Positions 1-10,839 are shown, numbered from the stretch's first letter. The stretch: 64,000 bases of DNA from an uncultured archaeon (GCA_964583985.1 CAZOYD010000001.1:99532-163531); one strand, 5' to 3'. A program made the numbers and translations. The notes: generated from the letters alone by a model not told the origin.

Positions 1-155
1 ATTAATTTTTCTATTTCTTTGACCATTATTCATATGAACAATTATTAACCATTTCGAAGGCATGATATAAAGAGTTTTAAGCAAGGGGATATTAAATCAG
101 TTTATTGGGATAATAGAATTAGTGTTACTAAATTATAAAATATTAAGTGTAAGCA

Positions 156-2852
156 ATGTATACGATAAATCTATCATCGAAAGAGAAGATATCTGCGAAT
201 TTAGTGGGAACAAAAGCCGCTAATCTTATCTTTTTAAATCAAAAAGATTTTCCAATTCCTGACGGTTTTGTTTTAAATGTAAATGCATATAATGATTTTA
301 TTAAATTTAATAACCTAAATGTATTGATAAAGGACAATTTGATATCCTTTAATGGAAAAAATAATCAATCCATAAAATTTCAATCAGAAAAGATCATAGC
401 TGCTATTGAGGGTGGTAAATTACAGGATCTCCTAATTGATCAAATCAAGGCAAATATGGAAATTTTTAATAACAATCCAGTTGCAATTCGCTCATCAGGA
501 ACATTAGAGGATTTACCAAATTCTTCTTTTGCAGGTCAATACGATACATATCTCAACATTATAGGAATGGAACAGGTCCTTATTCATGTTAAGAAATGTT
601 TTGCTTCACTTTGGAGTGAACGGGCAATCACTTATCGATATAATAATAACCTACCCAATAAAGAACCAGAAATTGCGGTAATAATACAAAAGATGGTTCA
701 AGCTAATAGTTCTGGCATTCTATTTACAGCAAATCCGATAACAACAGATAAAACCGAATTAATTATTGAATCAAATTTTGGATTGGGAGAATCTGTTGTT
801 TCTGGACGAGTTAGCCCCGACCAGTTCATTATAAAACGATTAAGAAAAAATAAAGGATTTAGAATTATAAATAAAAAAATTGGCTTAAAAAGTCTTACGG
901 TTAACCCAATATTGAATGGAGTAGGTGTAGAATATAATAAAGCATCTGAAATTGAAAGTAATAGAGTTTCTCTTTCTGATCATTTAATTATTAAATTAGT
1001 TAAGTTAGGTATCGAACTAGAAAAAGCATTTTATAATAATCCTCAAGATATAGAATGGGTAATAGATAATCAATCCAATATCCATATTGTGCAATCTAGA
1101 CCAATTACTTCTTTTAGGCAAAAAAATGATGCTGAAGAGGTTTTATGGAGTAGGGGTTATTCTGATGACTATTGGAATGATAATACCACTCCTTTATTTT
1201 TTGATCTTTTGGGAAATCACCTAACAAAGATAGTAAACGTAGAATTAAATAGTATCATGGGTTATAGAAAGATGGATTTCCGATTGCTTAAATTATTCAA
1301 ATGTCATGTCTACTTTAATTTAAACGTTTTAAAAAACAAAGTAGAATATGAAATTCCTACTTTTATGCGATTTGAAGATGTATTGAATTACTTTCCAAAT
1401 GGATCTGGATCATATGGTAAGAAGACAATAAAAAAGCTTCCGTTTCATCTCAAGAATTATTTACTCGCTCAATTAAGGGTAAAATTTCATGATCCTAATG
1501 GAGCCATATCACGAACAGCAGAAGCATATGAAAGTTGGACAAAAGACGTATTTGATCCCTTTTTAAAAACTTTTGATATGAAGATGGAAGCAATAATAAA
1601 AAAAGGTGAAGAGATTTCTCTGCTGCGCTTAGTGGACGAGTTGGATGAAATAATGATTTCGCATTTTAGATTAGTCAGGTATGGTATCCCAGTACATAAC
1701 ATCGGCATGAATTTATTAACTCAATATCTACTCACTCGATTCTTAGGTAAAGAAGAGTGCCAAAATAATTTCCCAATCTTAATATCTGGTCTCGAGCATA
1801 AATTGACTCTAACAAATGAAAGCATCTTTGAAATGGTCTCTATAATTCTAGAATCTGAATATCTCAGAAATATCATTTTAAATAATAATTCAAGCTACAT
1901 CTATAGTATTTTAGAATCTGATTCTTCCCAAATCGCACGAGATTTTTTAAGGGTATTAAACAAATTTCTTGAGGAATATGGTGATAGAGGTTTTACTAGA
2001 GAAATGTATTACGCTCGATGGAGAGAATCCCCTGATTTAGTATTGGATATCTGTAAATCTTTAGTAAGAGATAAATGTAACTTCTCTGATAAATCACAAT
2101 TGAAAAATGAGAAGCGAAGAATGATACATAGAAGCATAGTTGAAACCAAAATTAAAAATCAAAAATTAGGTTTTATAAAATGGCTAATATTTTCGACAAT
2201 TTTGAAAAATAGTCGCAAATATATAATATTTAGAGAAAATCAACGATTTAACCTTGATAAGTGGATTACTAGAAATAGGAAAGTTTTTTTAGAGATTGCA
2301 AAAATATTAGTTGACAAAGAAATATTAAAAGAAGAGAGGGAAATATTTTTCTTTCATAAGTTCGAATTAGAAAATCTTGCGAATAATAAATACAAGATTT
2401 CTGAAATAGAAAATCTAAAAAAACTTATAAAGATAAGATTAGAGGAATTCGAGAAATATGAAAATCAAATTCCTCCTAAATTTATTTTTGGTTCAAGAGA
2501 ATATGATGATGAGTTTCCATTCACGCAAGAGAGTGAGACTTTACGAGGAACCCCTGCTAGTCATGGAATAATCACGGCTCCTGTACGTATTCTAAATGAA
2601 GTTAATGAGATCGAAAGCGTTCAATCGGGTGAAATAATAGTCGTTCCAAGAACAGATCCGGGTTGGACTCCAATATTTTCAAAAATTGGAGGATTAATCA
2701 CAGAAACGGGAGGAATTCTCTCACATGGTGCTGTTGTATCGAGAGAATATGGTATTCCAGCAGTGACTAATCTCATTAACGCCAGAAAACTAATAAAAAA
2801 TGGTCAACTAATTACATTGAATGGATATAATGGAGAAGTAATATTAAATTGA
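156..2852 (+). CDS. PEP-utilising enzyme, rifampicin phosphotransferase/PPDK-like (ATP-grasp + central domain + C-terminal swivel His domain)
   Basis: GTKAANL, AIRSSGTLED..SFAGQYDT, QDIEW..VQSRPIT in the N-terminal part; TDPGWTP..GGILSHGAVVSREYGIPAV phospho-His domain at the C-terminus. Confidence 0.85.
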   Translation: MYTINLSSKEKISANLVGTKAANLIFLNQKDFPIPDGFVLNVNAYNDFIKFNNLNVLIKDNLISFNGKNNQSIKFQSEKIIAAIEGGKLQDLLIDQIKANMEIFNNNPVAIRSSGTLEDLPNSSFAGQYDTYLNIIGMEQVLIHVKKCFASLWSERAITYRYNNNLPNKEPEIAVIIQKMVQANSSGILFTANPITTDKTELIIESNFGLGESVVSGRVSPDQFIIKRLRKNKGFRIINKKIGLKSLTVNPILNGVGVEYNKASEIESNRVSLSDHLIIKLVKLGIELEKAFYNNPQDIEWVIDNQSNIHIVQSRPITSFRQKNDAEEVLWSRGYSDDYWNDNTTPLFFDLLGNHLTKIVNVELNSIMGYRKMDFRLLKLFKCHVYFNLNVLKNKVEYEIPTFMRFEDVLNYFPNGSGSYGKKTIKKLPFHLKNYLLAQLRVKFHDPNGAISRTAEAYESWTKDVFDPFLKTFDMKMEAIIKKGEEISLLRLVDELDEIMISHFRLVRYGIPVHNIGMNLLTQYLLTRFLGKEECQNNFPILISGLEHKLTLTNESIFEMVSIILESEYLRNIILNNNSSYIYSILESDSSQIARDFLRVLNKFLEEYGDRGFTREMYYARWRESPDLVLDICKSLVRDKCNFSDKSQLKNEKRRMIHRSIVETKIKNQKLGFIKWLIFSTILKNSRKYIIFRENQRFNLDKWITRNRKVFLEIAKILVDKEILKEEREIFFFHKFELENLANNKYKISEIENLKKLIKIRLEEFEKYENQIPPKFIFGSREYDDEFPFTQESETLRGTPASHGIITAPVRILNEVNEIESVQSGEIIVVPRTDPGWTPIFSKIGGLITETGGILSHGAVVSREYGIPAVTNLINARKLIKNGQLITLNGYNGEVILN

Positions 2853-2873
2853 ATGAATTAATGAGTGATTTTT

Positions 2874-3851
2874 ATGGAAAGAATCATACATAAAGATAAA
2901 TTAACCAATCATCTTGAATGGAATGAAAGTTTTTATTTTGTGTTTTATGATAAAAAGAATAACATTGGAGGAATGTCTAGAATTGGCTTTAAGCCAAATA
3001 AGAGTGAAGGGATGACATTCTTCTTCTTATTTTTATCCGATGGATCTGCTGCAGGATATCATAAAATAATTAAACTTAAAGATTTTTCTGAGAATTTACG
3101 AGTAGGAGGTATGTCTCACAATTGGCAAAATGATGGATCTTGGAAATATTTTTTCCGAGGAACAATGATATTTGTTTCGGATCCGTTAAATATACCTGAT
3201 GTCCGAGAGAATCCCAAAATCATTCTCAAATCTGAAAAAATATTGATGGATTTAACTTTTTCTCCTCATAGCAGTATTTACGAATATAGTAAATTTATGA
3301 CCCCTGAATCTTTAGAAATTGGTAAAAAATCGGGAGATAAGCATTGGGAGCAAATTGGGAGAATAGATGGTAAAATTAATATTGGACAAATAGAATATCA
3401 CATAAATTCAGTATTAGGTCAGAGAGATCATACGTATGGAGTGCGTGATTGGACAGGAGTTGGAAATTGGTTATATTATGTAGTTTGGTTCAATGAAAAC
3501 TTAGCAATTAATCCTGCTGCAATCATTACTGAAGATGGAAGGTTATCTATTGGTGGATTTTTATTTAGAGATGGTCAAAATATTCCATTAATTTCAATTA
3601 ACATAATAAATCAAGAATATGATGATCAAGGGATTTATCCCATTAGTTCTGAATTATTAATACGGGATAATTTGGGTGAAGAACATAATTTAAAAGCAAA
3701 AGTTGGTCCTATAATTCCCGTACCTTTTACAGATGAGGGAGGAAATCAATCAATCTTAATCCAATCATTTGGTAAATTTGAATTGGATGGAATTAAAGGA
3801 GGATATGGATCTTTTGAAACCCTTAGAAAAGTAATAAATGTAAAAAAATAA
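2874..3851 (+). CDS. Uncharacterised beta-rich protein (lipocalin/tocopherol-cyclase-like)
   Basis: WNESFYF, HWEQ and GQRDHTYGVRDW motifs; directly follows the PEP-utiliser; ATG at 2874 preferred over GTG 2865. Confidence 0.55.
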   Translation: MERIIHKDKLTNHLEWNESFYFVFYDKKNNIGGMSRIGFKPNKSEGMTFFFLFLSDGSAAGYHKIIKLKDFSENLRVGGMSHNWQNDGSWKYFFRGTMIFVSDPLNIPDVRENPKIILKSEKILMDLTFSPHSSIYEYSKFMTPESLEIGKKSGDKHWEQIGRIDGKINIGQIEYHINSVLGQRDHTYGVRDWTGVGNWLYYVVWFNENLAINPAAIITEDGRLSIGGFLFRDGQNIPLISINIINQEYDDQGIYPISSELLIRDNLGEEHNLKAKVGPIIPVPFTDEGGNQSILIQSFGKFELDGIKGGYGSFETLRKVINVKK

Positions 3852-3871
3852 CAAAAAACAGTTAAAAAAAA

Positions 3872-4699
3872 TTATTCGTAATTTACTTTATATTGCCAAA
3901 AATTCAAATCTTTTCTCAATTTTTTTCCTATTTCTATTGATTTTTTAGCTAACATGCTTATTTCATCAAAGGAAAATGTTGCTTCACCACTTTTTTGCAT
4001 AGATGTGATTTTATCTTCCGTAACTGAAATTGAGAGCTTTCCATCACTGATTAATTCCTCGGGTAAACTTGGGTCCAGAAAGATCATATCATCAATCTTG
4101 CCGTAAGTTAAAACTAAAGGGAGTTCTTTAACTATAAATTCTCCATCTAAATATTTCCCAGTCCAGACAAGTTTTCCATCTTCCATTTTTCCTTCTGGAA
4201 TATGACTCGATATCAATGCTGTTAATGCACTTATTCCTCCAGCATCAATTAAATTGCCCGCATAATTCAAGACATACATATCGACAAAAAGAATATAGAC
4301 TGCTTTTTTAGCTTCTATGCATAATTTCTTGGTTTGAACACAATCAGCATGTCTAATTCCTCTATCAACTACACGTGCTAATTCAATAGATTGTTCATCA
4401 GGTGGACCTCTTTCAAATAGTGGTGATGCGATAGGTAATAACTCCGCCATAACTGTACATACCCCCTCATCAGGCATGTCTGGAAATGGTTCTCCAACGT
4501 CATATTTTAATCCAGTTACTATTCTTGTTTTACCTAAAGAAACATCAGCAGACCCTTCAGCTGAGGCAATGATATCATGCTTGATGGAAATTTTTCGATA
4601 TTCCCATAATCCACGATCATCAAATCGCTCTTCCCTTCGAAGATTTTGAATAATATAATTCTTTTCTATAGCAGAAATGACGCGTTTTATATTCATCAT
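3872..4699 (-). CDS. rrp42: Exosome subunit Rrp42
   Basis: RFDDRGLWEYR, AEGSADVSLGKT, ELARVVDRGIR; position after rrp41. Confidence 0.95.
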   Translation of the reverse strand: MMNIKRVISAIEKNYIIQNLRREERFDDRGLWEYRKISIKHDIIASAEGSADVSLGKTRIVTGLKYDVGEPFPDMPDEGVCTVMAELLPIASPLFERGPPDEQSIELARVVDRGIRHADCVQTKKLCIEAKKAVYILFVDMYVLNYAGNLIDAGGISALTALISSHIPEGKMEDGKLVWTGKYLDGEFIVKELPLVLTYGKIDDMIFLDPSLPEELISDGKLSISVTEDKITSMQKSGEATFSFDEISMLAKKSIEIGKKLRKDLNFWQYKVNYE

Positions 4700-4700
4700 T

Positions 4701-5462
4701 TTAAGTATTACCTCCACTTACTTCTTCTTGAATAGCAATATACTTCTTTTTTAAAGCTTGTAGTTGCAATTCGTATATTTCTGATAAAGCAGATTTTGCT
4801 AATTTAAGAAATTCATCCATCTGTTCAATATTCATATCGCCATCAAACTGTAACAATGATAATTCTTCATTAAACCAGGTAATAGCACACGGTAAATCCG
4901 CTTGTCCCGCTTTATCTTCGATTCCTGAGAGATCAACAACTAATTGATCATCAATCTTACCGACTGCTACTGCTGTCACCAAACTTTTCATCGGAATGCC
5001 CGCATCTGCTAATGCTAGCGCTGCCACAGTAGTACTTGCACATCTGGTGCCACCATCAGCATCCATGACTTCAATGAAAACTTCGAATGCAGTGCCAGGA
5101 TATAATTCTAAAAACAAAAGTGGCTTTAAACAATCAGTTATAACCATTGAGATTTCTTTTTCTCTGCGTCCCGGAGCAGGTCGTTTTCTTTCGAATACGG
5201 AGTACGTTGTCATTCTATAAAAAACGCGTAAAATACCACTATCAGGTTTGGCTAAATGATGAGGATGTACTTCTCGTGGACCATATACTGCAGCATAAAT
5301 CTTATTATTTCCCCATTCTAGGTAAGCAGAACCATCTGCATTCTCAATAACGCCCACTTCCATCTTGATTGGTCTTAATTCGGTTTTTTCTCGCCCATCT
5401 AACCTTTTTCCATCTTCTCGAAATAATTTTTCAGGATATTCATCTTTTATAACTAACGGCAT
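4701..5462 (-). CDS. rrp41: Exosome subunit Rrp41 (RNase PH-like)
   Basis: RLDGR..ELRPI, AVYGPRE, ADGGTRCAS. Confidence 0.97.
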   Translation of the reverse strand: MPLVIKDEYPEKLFREDGKRLDGREKTELRPIKMEVGVIENADGSAYLEWGNNKIYAAVYGPREVHPHHLAKPDSGILRVFYRMTTYSVFERKRPAPGRREKEISMVITDCLKPLLFLELYPGTAFEVFIEVMDADGGTRCASTTVAALALADAGIPMKSLVTAVAVGKIDDQLVVDLSGIEDKAGQADLPCAITWFNEELSLLQFDGDMNIEQMDEFLKLAKSALSEIYELQLQALKKKYIAIQEEVSGGNT

Positions 5463-6302
5463 TTATTTCAAACCTCTCTTCTTTTTTTCATTTTCAATAA
5501 ATTCTATCATTCTATCTGTTAATCCAACTGTATGAGCTTCTCGTTCAATTTTTCTTATTGCATCAATTAATAATCGCTCGTGAGCAATATCTTCACCTTT
5601 TAACCAGATACGCCCATTTTGGGTTACGAAAATAGTACTTTTCGTTAAATTTTTCAAATTTTTAATCATGGATCCATCTCGTCCTATAACACGAGGAATT
5701 TTAGGCGGATCAATAGAGATCACGATCCCATTATTTTTTTTGCCTAAATACTTGCCAACCGTAGTTAATTCTGGTGAATTTAATCTATCTGCAGAAAGTA
5801 CTTTAGCAATTAAAATATCCCCAACATCATACATTTCAGCATTTGAATTATTACGATCTGGAGGACCTCCTCTCATACCTCTGGAAATTCTGCCACGTTT
5901 CATCGTATTCTTGGGTTTAAGAACAGCATCATCTTTTGCGTTAATATCACACCTGTATTTTACAGGATTTTTGTCAGTTACTAATGCTATAACCTTATCT
6001 CCTGGACGGGGAGTATAGAATCCTCTAAGAGGGATAACATTGATATAGTTTTTTTTTGTTTGTTTCAACCCAATATTAAGTGATATTATTTTAGATCGAT
6101 CGGGAGTCAGTAATGTTCCTCTTCCAGGTAAGTAAGTTTTTGTATCTGTTGTAAGGATCTCACCAGGAACAACTAAATTACGAGTGGTTTCCTCATCTTC
6201 AAATTCATCAAGATCAGAATCTTCTTCAGAAATTACCGCTTCTTCTTCCTCATCTTCGTGATTATCATCTTTACTTACTTGTTCTTCATCTTTAAAACTC
6301 AT
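5463..6302 (-). CDS. rrp4: Exosome cap subunit Rrp4 (S1+KH) with acidic N-terminal tail
   Basis: VVPGE, YTPRPGDKVI, IPRVIGRDGSMI, QNGRIW. Confidence 0.95.
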   Translation of the reverse strand: MSFKDEEQVSKDDNHEDEEEEAVISEEDSDLDEFEDEETTRNLVVPGEILTTDTKTYLPGRGTLLTPDRSKIISLNIGLKQTKKNYINVIPLRGFYTPRPGDKVIALVTDKNPVKYRCDINAKDDAVLKPKNTMKRGRISRGMRGGPPDRNNSNAEMYDVGDILIAKVLSADRLNSPELTTVGKYLGKKNNGIVISIDPPKIPRVIGRDGSMIKNLKNLTKSTIFVTQNGRIWLKGEDIAHERLLIDAIRKIEREAHTVGLTDRMIEFIENEKKKRGLK

Positions 6303-6389
6303 TTGTATAATTTCACGCTCTTTACGTATTTTCTTTTGTCTAAACGAAAAAAATATGAAGCAAACAAAAATCAGTCACATTATAAGAGC

Positions 6390-7193
6390 TTAAGATTTTA
6401 AGAGTTTTGTTTGAACTCTTCCATGTGTGAGCTTGTTCAGTTTATCAATTAATTCCATTTGAAGACCTGCAGGAAGATTGATTACAGAAACCCATGATCC
6501 ATCAGCTTGCCATTCTTCTTTTTTAATTTGAGCCATTTGAGCAACAACATTATATCCTTTCGCTGTAAATGCTGATGGGATCTTAATTGCCATCTCCACT
6601 TGTTCCATTCGAATTGGAATAATAGCTCGTAGACTTTTTACAACATCATCTACTTGTTCCTCTGCATTTTTCATCAAAGATATCTTAACTTTCGCTTCTT
6701 CTATAGCTTTTTCAATTCTCTGATATGGATGTGGTTTATTATTCTGTGGATTTATCGCGTTTTTGCTAATAATAGTAATTATTTGCTTTAATTTTTTCTC
6801 TCGTTCTTCTTCTCTCTGTGTCCTAGTCCAGTGAATCTCTCCATCTAATAAAATGTGTGCAGCTATCGTTCTGCCATCAGTAGAGTTAAAAATAGACTCC
6901 ATATCACCATCAGTGGCTTTTTTTCCTCTTTTAAGATCTTCAAAAACAGAAAAACTTTCAAAAATGAGATCTATCGAAATTCTGGGGTCATTTAAAATAT
7001 CCTGAACGGAAAGACGAGATTTATCGCTTCCACTTTTTAGGTTATTGCTAATTTCATCCCGTATGATTTTTTTTGCCTCCCATGCTTTTTCTTGATCTAA
7101 GAGCATTTCAAAAGTTCTTCCTTCTTTTTCAATGCGTCCAATGATATATTCTCCTAAATCAATCCTTGCTCGATCAATCATACGTTTTATCAA
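6390..7193 (-). CDS. Ribosome maturation factor SBDS/Sdo1
   Basis: INPQNNKPHPYQRIEKAIEEAKV, IPIRME, EEWQADGSW; conserved exosome-operon position. Confidence 0.95.
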   Translation of the reverse strand: MIKRMIDRARIDLGEYIIGRIEKEGRTFEMLLDQEKAWEAKKIIRDEISNNLKSGSDKSRLSVQDILNDPRISIDLIFESFSVFEDLKRGKKATDGDMESIFNSTDGRTIAAHILLDGEIHWTRTQREEEREKKLKQIITIISKNAINPQNNKPHPYQRIEKAIEEAKVKISLMKNAEEQVDDVVKSLRAIIPIRMEQVEMAIKIPSAFTAKGYNVVAQMAQIKKEEWQADGSWVSVINLPAGLQMELIDKLNKLTHGRVQTKLLKS

Positions 7194-7288
7194 ATATTGC
7201 TCTTTAATTATAAATTATATATCTCGTCTATTATTTGTCTACATTAATGATTATTATTATAAGGGTGTGCCTTGAAAATGGTTCTATA

Positions 7289-8005
7289 TTATAGCATGCC
7301 TAATAATTCTTCTTTTTCTTCAACATTCAGCAGTTTAAATTTCTTTTCATCCTTTAAAATATAAGTTACATCACAAGTATGAGATGTTAAATTTTCACCC
7401 ATCAATTCTTTTAAAGTTTTTAACGGCAATAATTTTAACTCTTCATCACTCATATCTTCTTTATAATTCTCTTCAAGGTACGCTCTTGCTTCAGTTGCTC
7501 CTGAACCTATCGCAAAAGCTTTATAGCCCCACATAGCTCCACTAGGATCCGTTAAGTATAAGGAAGTGCTCCCATCTGAATCAATTCCAGCAATCAAGAG
7601 ACTCACTCCAAAAGGTCGAACACCAGCGTTTTGGGTGAACATTTGAAGATATTCACATATATTCAAAGTTGAGTCTTTTACTGAAATTTTCTCATCATAA
7701 TTCAATAAATTTACTTGTGCTTGAACTCGTGCACGATCGACTAGCACACGGGCATCTGCAGTGAGTCCAGCAATAGCCACACCAATATGATCATCAATCT
7801 TAAAAATTTTCTCTGAACCGAGAACCTCTTGAAGTTCTAAACTTTTCTTTTCTACTGCAAACACAACAGAATGCTTGTTGGTACAAACAATAGCAGTAGT
7901 ACCTCGTCTTACGGCTTCAATAGCATATTCTACCTGAAATAATCTTCCTTCAGGTGAAAATTGCGTTATAGCCATATCATATCCACGACCTTGCTGACTG
8001 AACAT
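7289..8005 (-). CDS. psmA: Proteasome alpha subunit
   Basis: YDMAITQFSPEGRLFQVEYA signature, RPFGVSLL. Confidence 0.98.
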   Translation of the reverse strand: MFSQQGRGYDMAITQFSPEGRLFQVEYAIEAVRRGTTAIVCTNKHSVVFAVEKKSLELQEVLGSEKIFKIDDHIGVAIAGLTADARVLVDRARVQAQVNLLNYDEKISVKDSTLNICEYLQMFTQNAGVRPFGVSLLIAGIDSDGSTSLYLTDPSGAMWGYKAFAIGSGATEARAYLEENYKEDMSDEELKLLPLKTLKELMGENLTSHTCDVTYILKDEKKFKLLNVEEKEELLGML

Positions 8006-8414
8006 TTATCATGCACCTTCTTTATATTATAACAGATGTTAGCTCAAATATTATGGAATTTTACAAACCGCAAAACTCTAATCAAAATCTTAAGTCTTCT
8101 GAATACAGATTTTTATTTGCGTTATTTTTTTAGTTCTAATTCTGTTAATAAAGAAGTAATAAATCAAATAATTTATATTTTGTTTTTATGGTTTGAAAGT
8201 CGTGGAGGTTTGGGGTAGAGTAGGGAAAAATTTAAGGTGGGAAGATGATTTTTATTTTTGCGTTTGTGATTGTATTGGTCGTGTTTTTTGTTGAATTTTG
8301 AATTTGAGATTAGGGAAGGATATCATTACTCCAGAATAACAATTAGAGGAACAAAAAAAGCAAAATATCATTCTTTCATCAAATAAGGAAACCAATAAGG
8401 ATTTTAAAATTAAT

Positions 8415-9230
8415 TTAACTTTTTGAAAATCCACCATGGTGAAATTCGATATAATAACTGAGAGATTTCCTTTCACAAAATTCTTTAATTTCTAACTCTA
8501 TAAAATCCCAATAGCTCTGATCATGTCGAATTTCTTTATATTTAGAGAGTAGTTTTGGATAATGCTTCTCAATTATCTGATATATCCTTGGAATATTATG
8601 AGGTCTAAAATTTAGGTTTTCAAAAAGAAAATTCTGAGTAAAATTCTCTGCTTGTTCAATGATCACTTTAAAATCAGTTATTTCTGGAAAGAATGGCGAA
8701 ATAAATACATAAGTATCGATATTTTCCTTAGAAATTTGTTCTATTGCGTTTAACCTTTCTGAAGGCTTAGATGCCATGGGTTCAATTATCCTGGCAAAAT
8801 CATCATTTAACGTGTTAATCGAGATTCCAATTTTTATGTTTTCAAATTTCTTGAATAATTCTATATCTCTGGTTACTAATTTTGATTTCGTAAGAATTTG
8901 TATTTCAGCACTGGTTCCAATAAGGCTCTCCAAAACTTTCTTGGTATTTTGATATTTCTTTTCTAAAGGCAAATATGGATCCGTCACAGAACTTAATAAA
9001 ATTGATTTATCATCATATCTTGAAGGTTTAATCTTACTAAAGTCATATTTTTTGACATCCAAGAATTGCCCCCATCTTTCTCCTTTATGACCCGTAAATC
9101 TAATCATAAATTCCGCATAGCAATAAATACAACCATGTTGGCATCCTATATAAGGATTAATCACATAATCTATTGAAGGGATATTACTTTTGGTTATAAT
9201 GCTTTTAGCTTCTCGGATTTCAACTTTCAT
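8415..9230 (-). CDS. Radical SAM protein, spore photoproduct lyase-like family
   Basis: INPYIGCQHGCIYCYA, SSVTDPY, ILTKS. Confidence 0.85.
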   Translation of the reverse strand: MKVEIREAKSIITKSNIPSIDYVINPYIGCQHGCIYCYAEFMIRFTGHKGERWGQFLDVKKYDFSKIKPSRYDDKSILLSSVTDPYLPLEKKYQNTKKVLESLIGTSAEIQILTKSKLVTRDIELFKKFENIKIGISINTLNDDFARIIEPMASKPSERLNAIEQISKENIDTYVFISPFFPEITDFKVIIEQAENFTQNFLFENLNFRPHNIPRIYQIIEKHYPKLLSKYKEIRHDQSYWDFIELEIKEFCERKSLSYYIEFHHGGFSKS

Positions 9231-9351
9231 ATGTTATGCTCTACTTTTACATTTGGATGTGAAAAAAAGCTTAAGGATTATTCAGGTAATTTCTCTCAGA
9301 ATTAAAAAGGTTGAGGTTTATTTCGAATATAATAAGCACTCCTGTAATTTT

Positions 9352-9723
9352 TTAACTCCAAGCAACCTTATTTATAAAAATTGACCATTCCAACAGGATC
9401 AATCCTTCATCTCTCGTATGTGCTACAAGATAATCTCCTTCTTTAGTGATTGATCCCACGATGTTTCCTTTCCCACCCGTTATGTTTTTCGCAGCCAATT
9501 GAATTTCATCATTCTTAAGAATTGCAAAGCGCAGACCTTGAAAAATGATGGCAGGTTCTTTTTCTTTCCATGCTCTTAATATTGCCTTTGCCTCATCGGG
9601 TGATAAAACAAAATCTCCTGATTTATAGATTATGTCTCCTTCAGAATTTAAAAGAAATATCTCCTCCATTCCTTCATGTTCCTTTAGTTTTTCTACTAAA
9701 TTAAAAAACCTCTGTTCTTCCAT
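9352..9723 (-). CDS. Profilin-like protein
   Basis: 123 aa; pattern IFLLNSEG..FQGLRFAILK..LAAKNITGGKGNIV resembles Asgard profilins. Confidence 0.7.
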   Translation of the reverse strand: MEEQRFFNLVEKLKEHEGMEEIFLLNSEGDIIYKSGDFVLSPDEAKAILRAWKEKEPAIIFQGLRFAILKNDEIQLAAKNITGGKGNIVGSITKEGDYLVAHTRDEGLILLEWSIFINKVAWS

Positions 9724-9892
9724 GAGTTATCTTTCTCATTTTTAGTATTTTTCTACCATTTACAATAAAAGAAAAGTAATATAAATTTAGTGAAATAGAT
9801 AGTTCAAGAGAAAAATAACTATTTACCGCATTAGGAGAAAGTATTTTATTTCGTTTAGATTATTTAATATAATATATTAAATATTTCCTCCG

Positions 9893-10687
9893 GTGATTCT
9901 AATAGTAAAGCAGATTGTTTTATTTGATAGACTTTATAACACTAAAAGTAATCAAGAAACAAAAGACTTAATTTCAAGATATCAAAAATATGTCCTTGAA
10001 TTGGCCCAAGATTTTCCTAACACAAAAATAATTTTTAACAAGGTAAGAAAGTTTGACCAACGAGTGGAAATCACGGTTACAGGTCCGGAGGACGTGTTTA
10101 TCATTAACATGTTAAAAAAAGAAATTGGAACGATCCAAGAATTCAAGAATTTAAGTATTGGCATGAGCTTGAAAGGTAATTTAGTAGATGTAGGAAAAGT
10201 AGGTTTTGGTTTATTTGTAGATTGTGGAATTTTAAATCCTAAAACAGATCTGTTGATTTCTTTACACACGCTTAGAGATCAATTATGTAATGGTAAGGAA
10301 AAGTCATTACCCGAAATTATTAAAGCATATGATTTCATAAATGAATTTCCTGTTTACGTAAAAATCACAAAAATCAATAATGAAAAGCAAAATGTTCAAG
10401 GTGAACTAGCTATTCCCACATTAAATTTCTTTAAAAAAGTTCTTGATGAAGATCTTGAAGCTGTACATGTGAGCGGAGAAACAAAAGGGCAATTAAAAAA
10501 AGCCCTGATTAGAACGGGACATCTTAGAGATATCGTGTCCATTTATCGATACAACTTCATAGATAACATCGTTCTTCTCTCTGAAAATACTGAAGCTCCT
10601 GGGATTATCGCTGATATCGGGAAATATCTGCGAAATTGCAAATTAAATGCAATTAGACCCTCTAGAATTAGGAAATTATGCTATTAA
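9893..10687 (+). CDS. Conserved archaeal protein with S1/OB-like domain (DUF2110-like)
   Basis: GKVGFGLFVD, TGHLRDI, TEAPGII motifs. Confidence 0.7.
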   Translation: MILIVKQIVLFDRLYNTKSNQETKDLISRYQKYVLELAQDFPNTKIIFNKVRKFDQRVEITVTGPEDVFIINMLKKEIGTIQEFKNLSIGMSLKGNLVDVGKVGFGLFVDCGILNPKTDLLISLHTLRDQLCNGKEKSLPEIIKAYDFINEFPVYVKITKINNEKQNVQGELAIPTLNFFKKVLDEDLEAVHVSGETKGQLKKALIRTGHLRDIVSIYRYNFIDNIVLLSENTEAPGIIADIGKYLRNCKLNAIRPSRIRKLCY

Positions 10688-10717
10688 GGAAAATAATGCT
10701 ACTAGGGATAAAGAGAA

Positions 10718-10820
10718 TGGGCCAGGAGAGGTTCGAACTCCCGATATCCACGGTGTAAGCGTGGCGTCCTAATCAATCAAGAGATAATCTTCAGATTTAT
10801 AGCCACTAGACCACTGGCCC
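10718..10820 (-). tRNA. tRNA-Val(TAC) with ~30-nt intron in the D-loop (~10770-10799)
   Basis: GGGCCAG/CTGGCCC acceptor stem, CCACG-CTTACAC-CGTGG anticodon arm, TTCGAAC T-loop; 103 nt reduces to about 73 nt after removing the D-loop insert. Confidence 0.92.
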
Positions 10821-10839
10821 CTTTTATTTAACATAAAAG

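Noticed and set aside
6980-7080. Insertion in the SBDS N-terminal domain as a possible intron
   Set aside because: In frame, coding-like, and no BHB structure seen
8006-8414. Expected RNase P subunit gene upstream of psmA; short ORFs 8036-8218 and 8252-8476
   Set aside because: No recognisable Pop5/Rpp30 sequence; region looks like promoter/UTR
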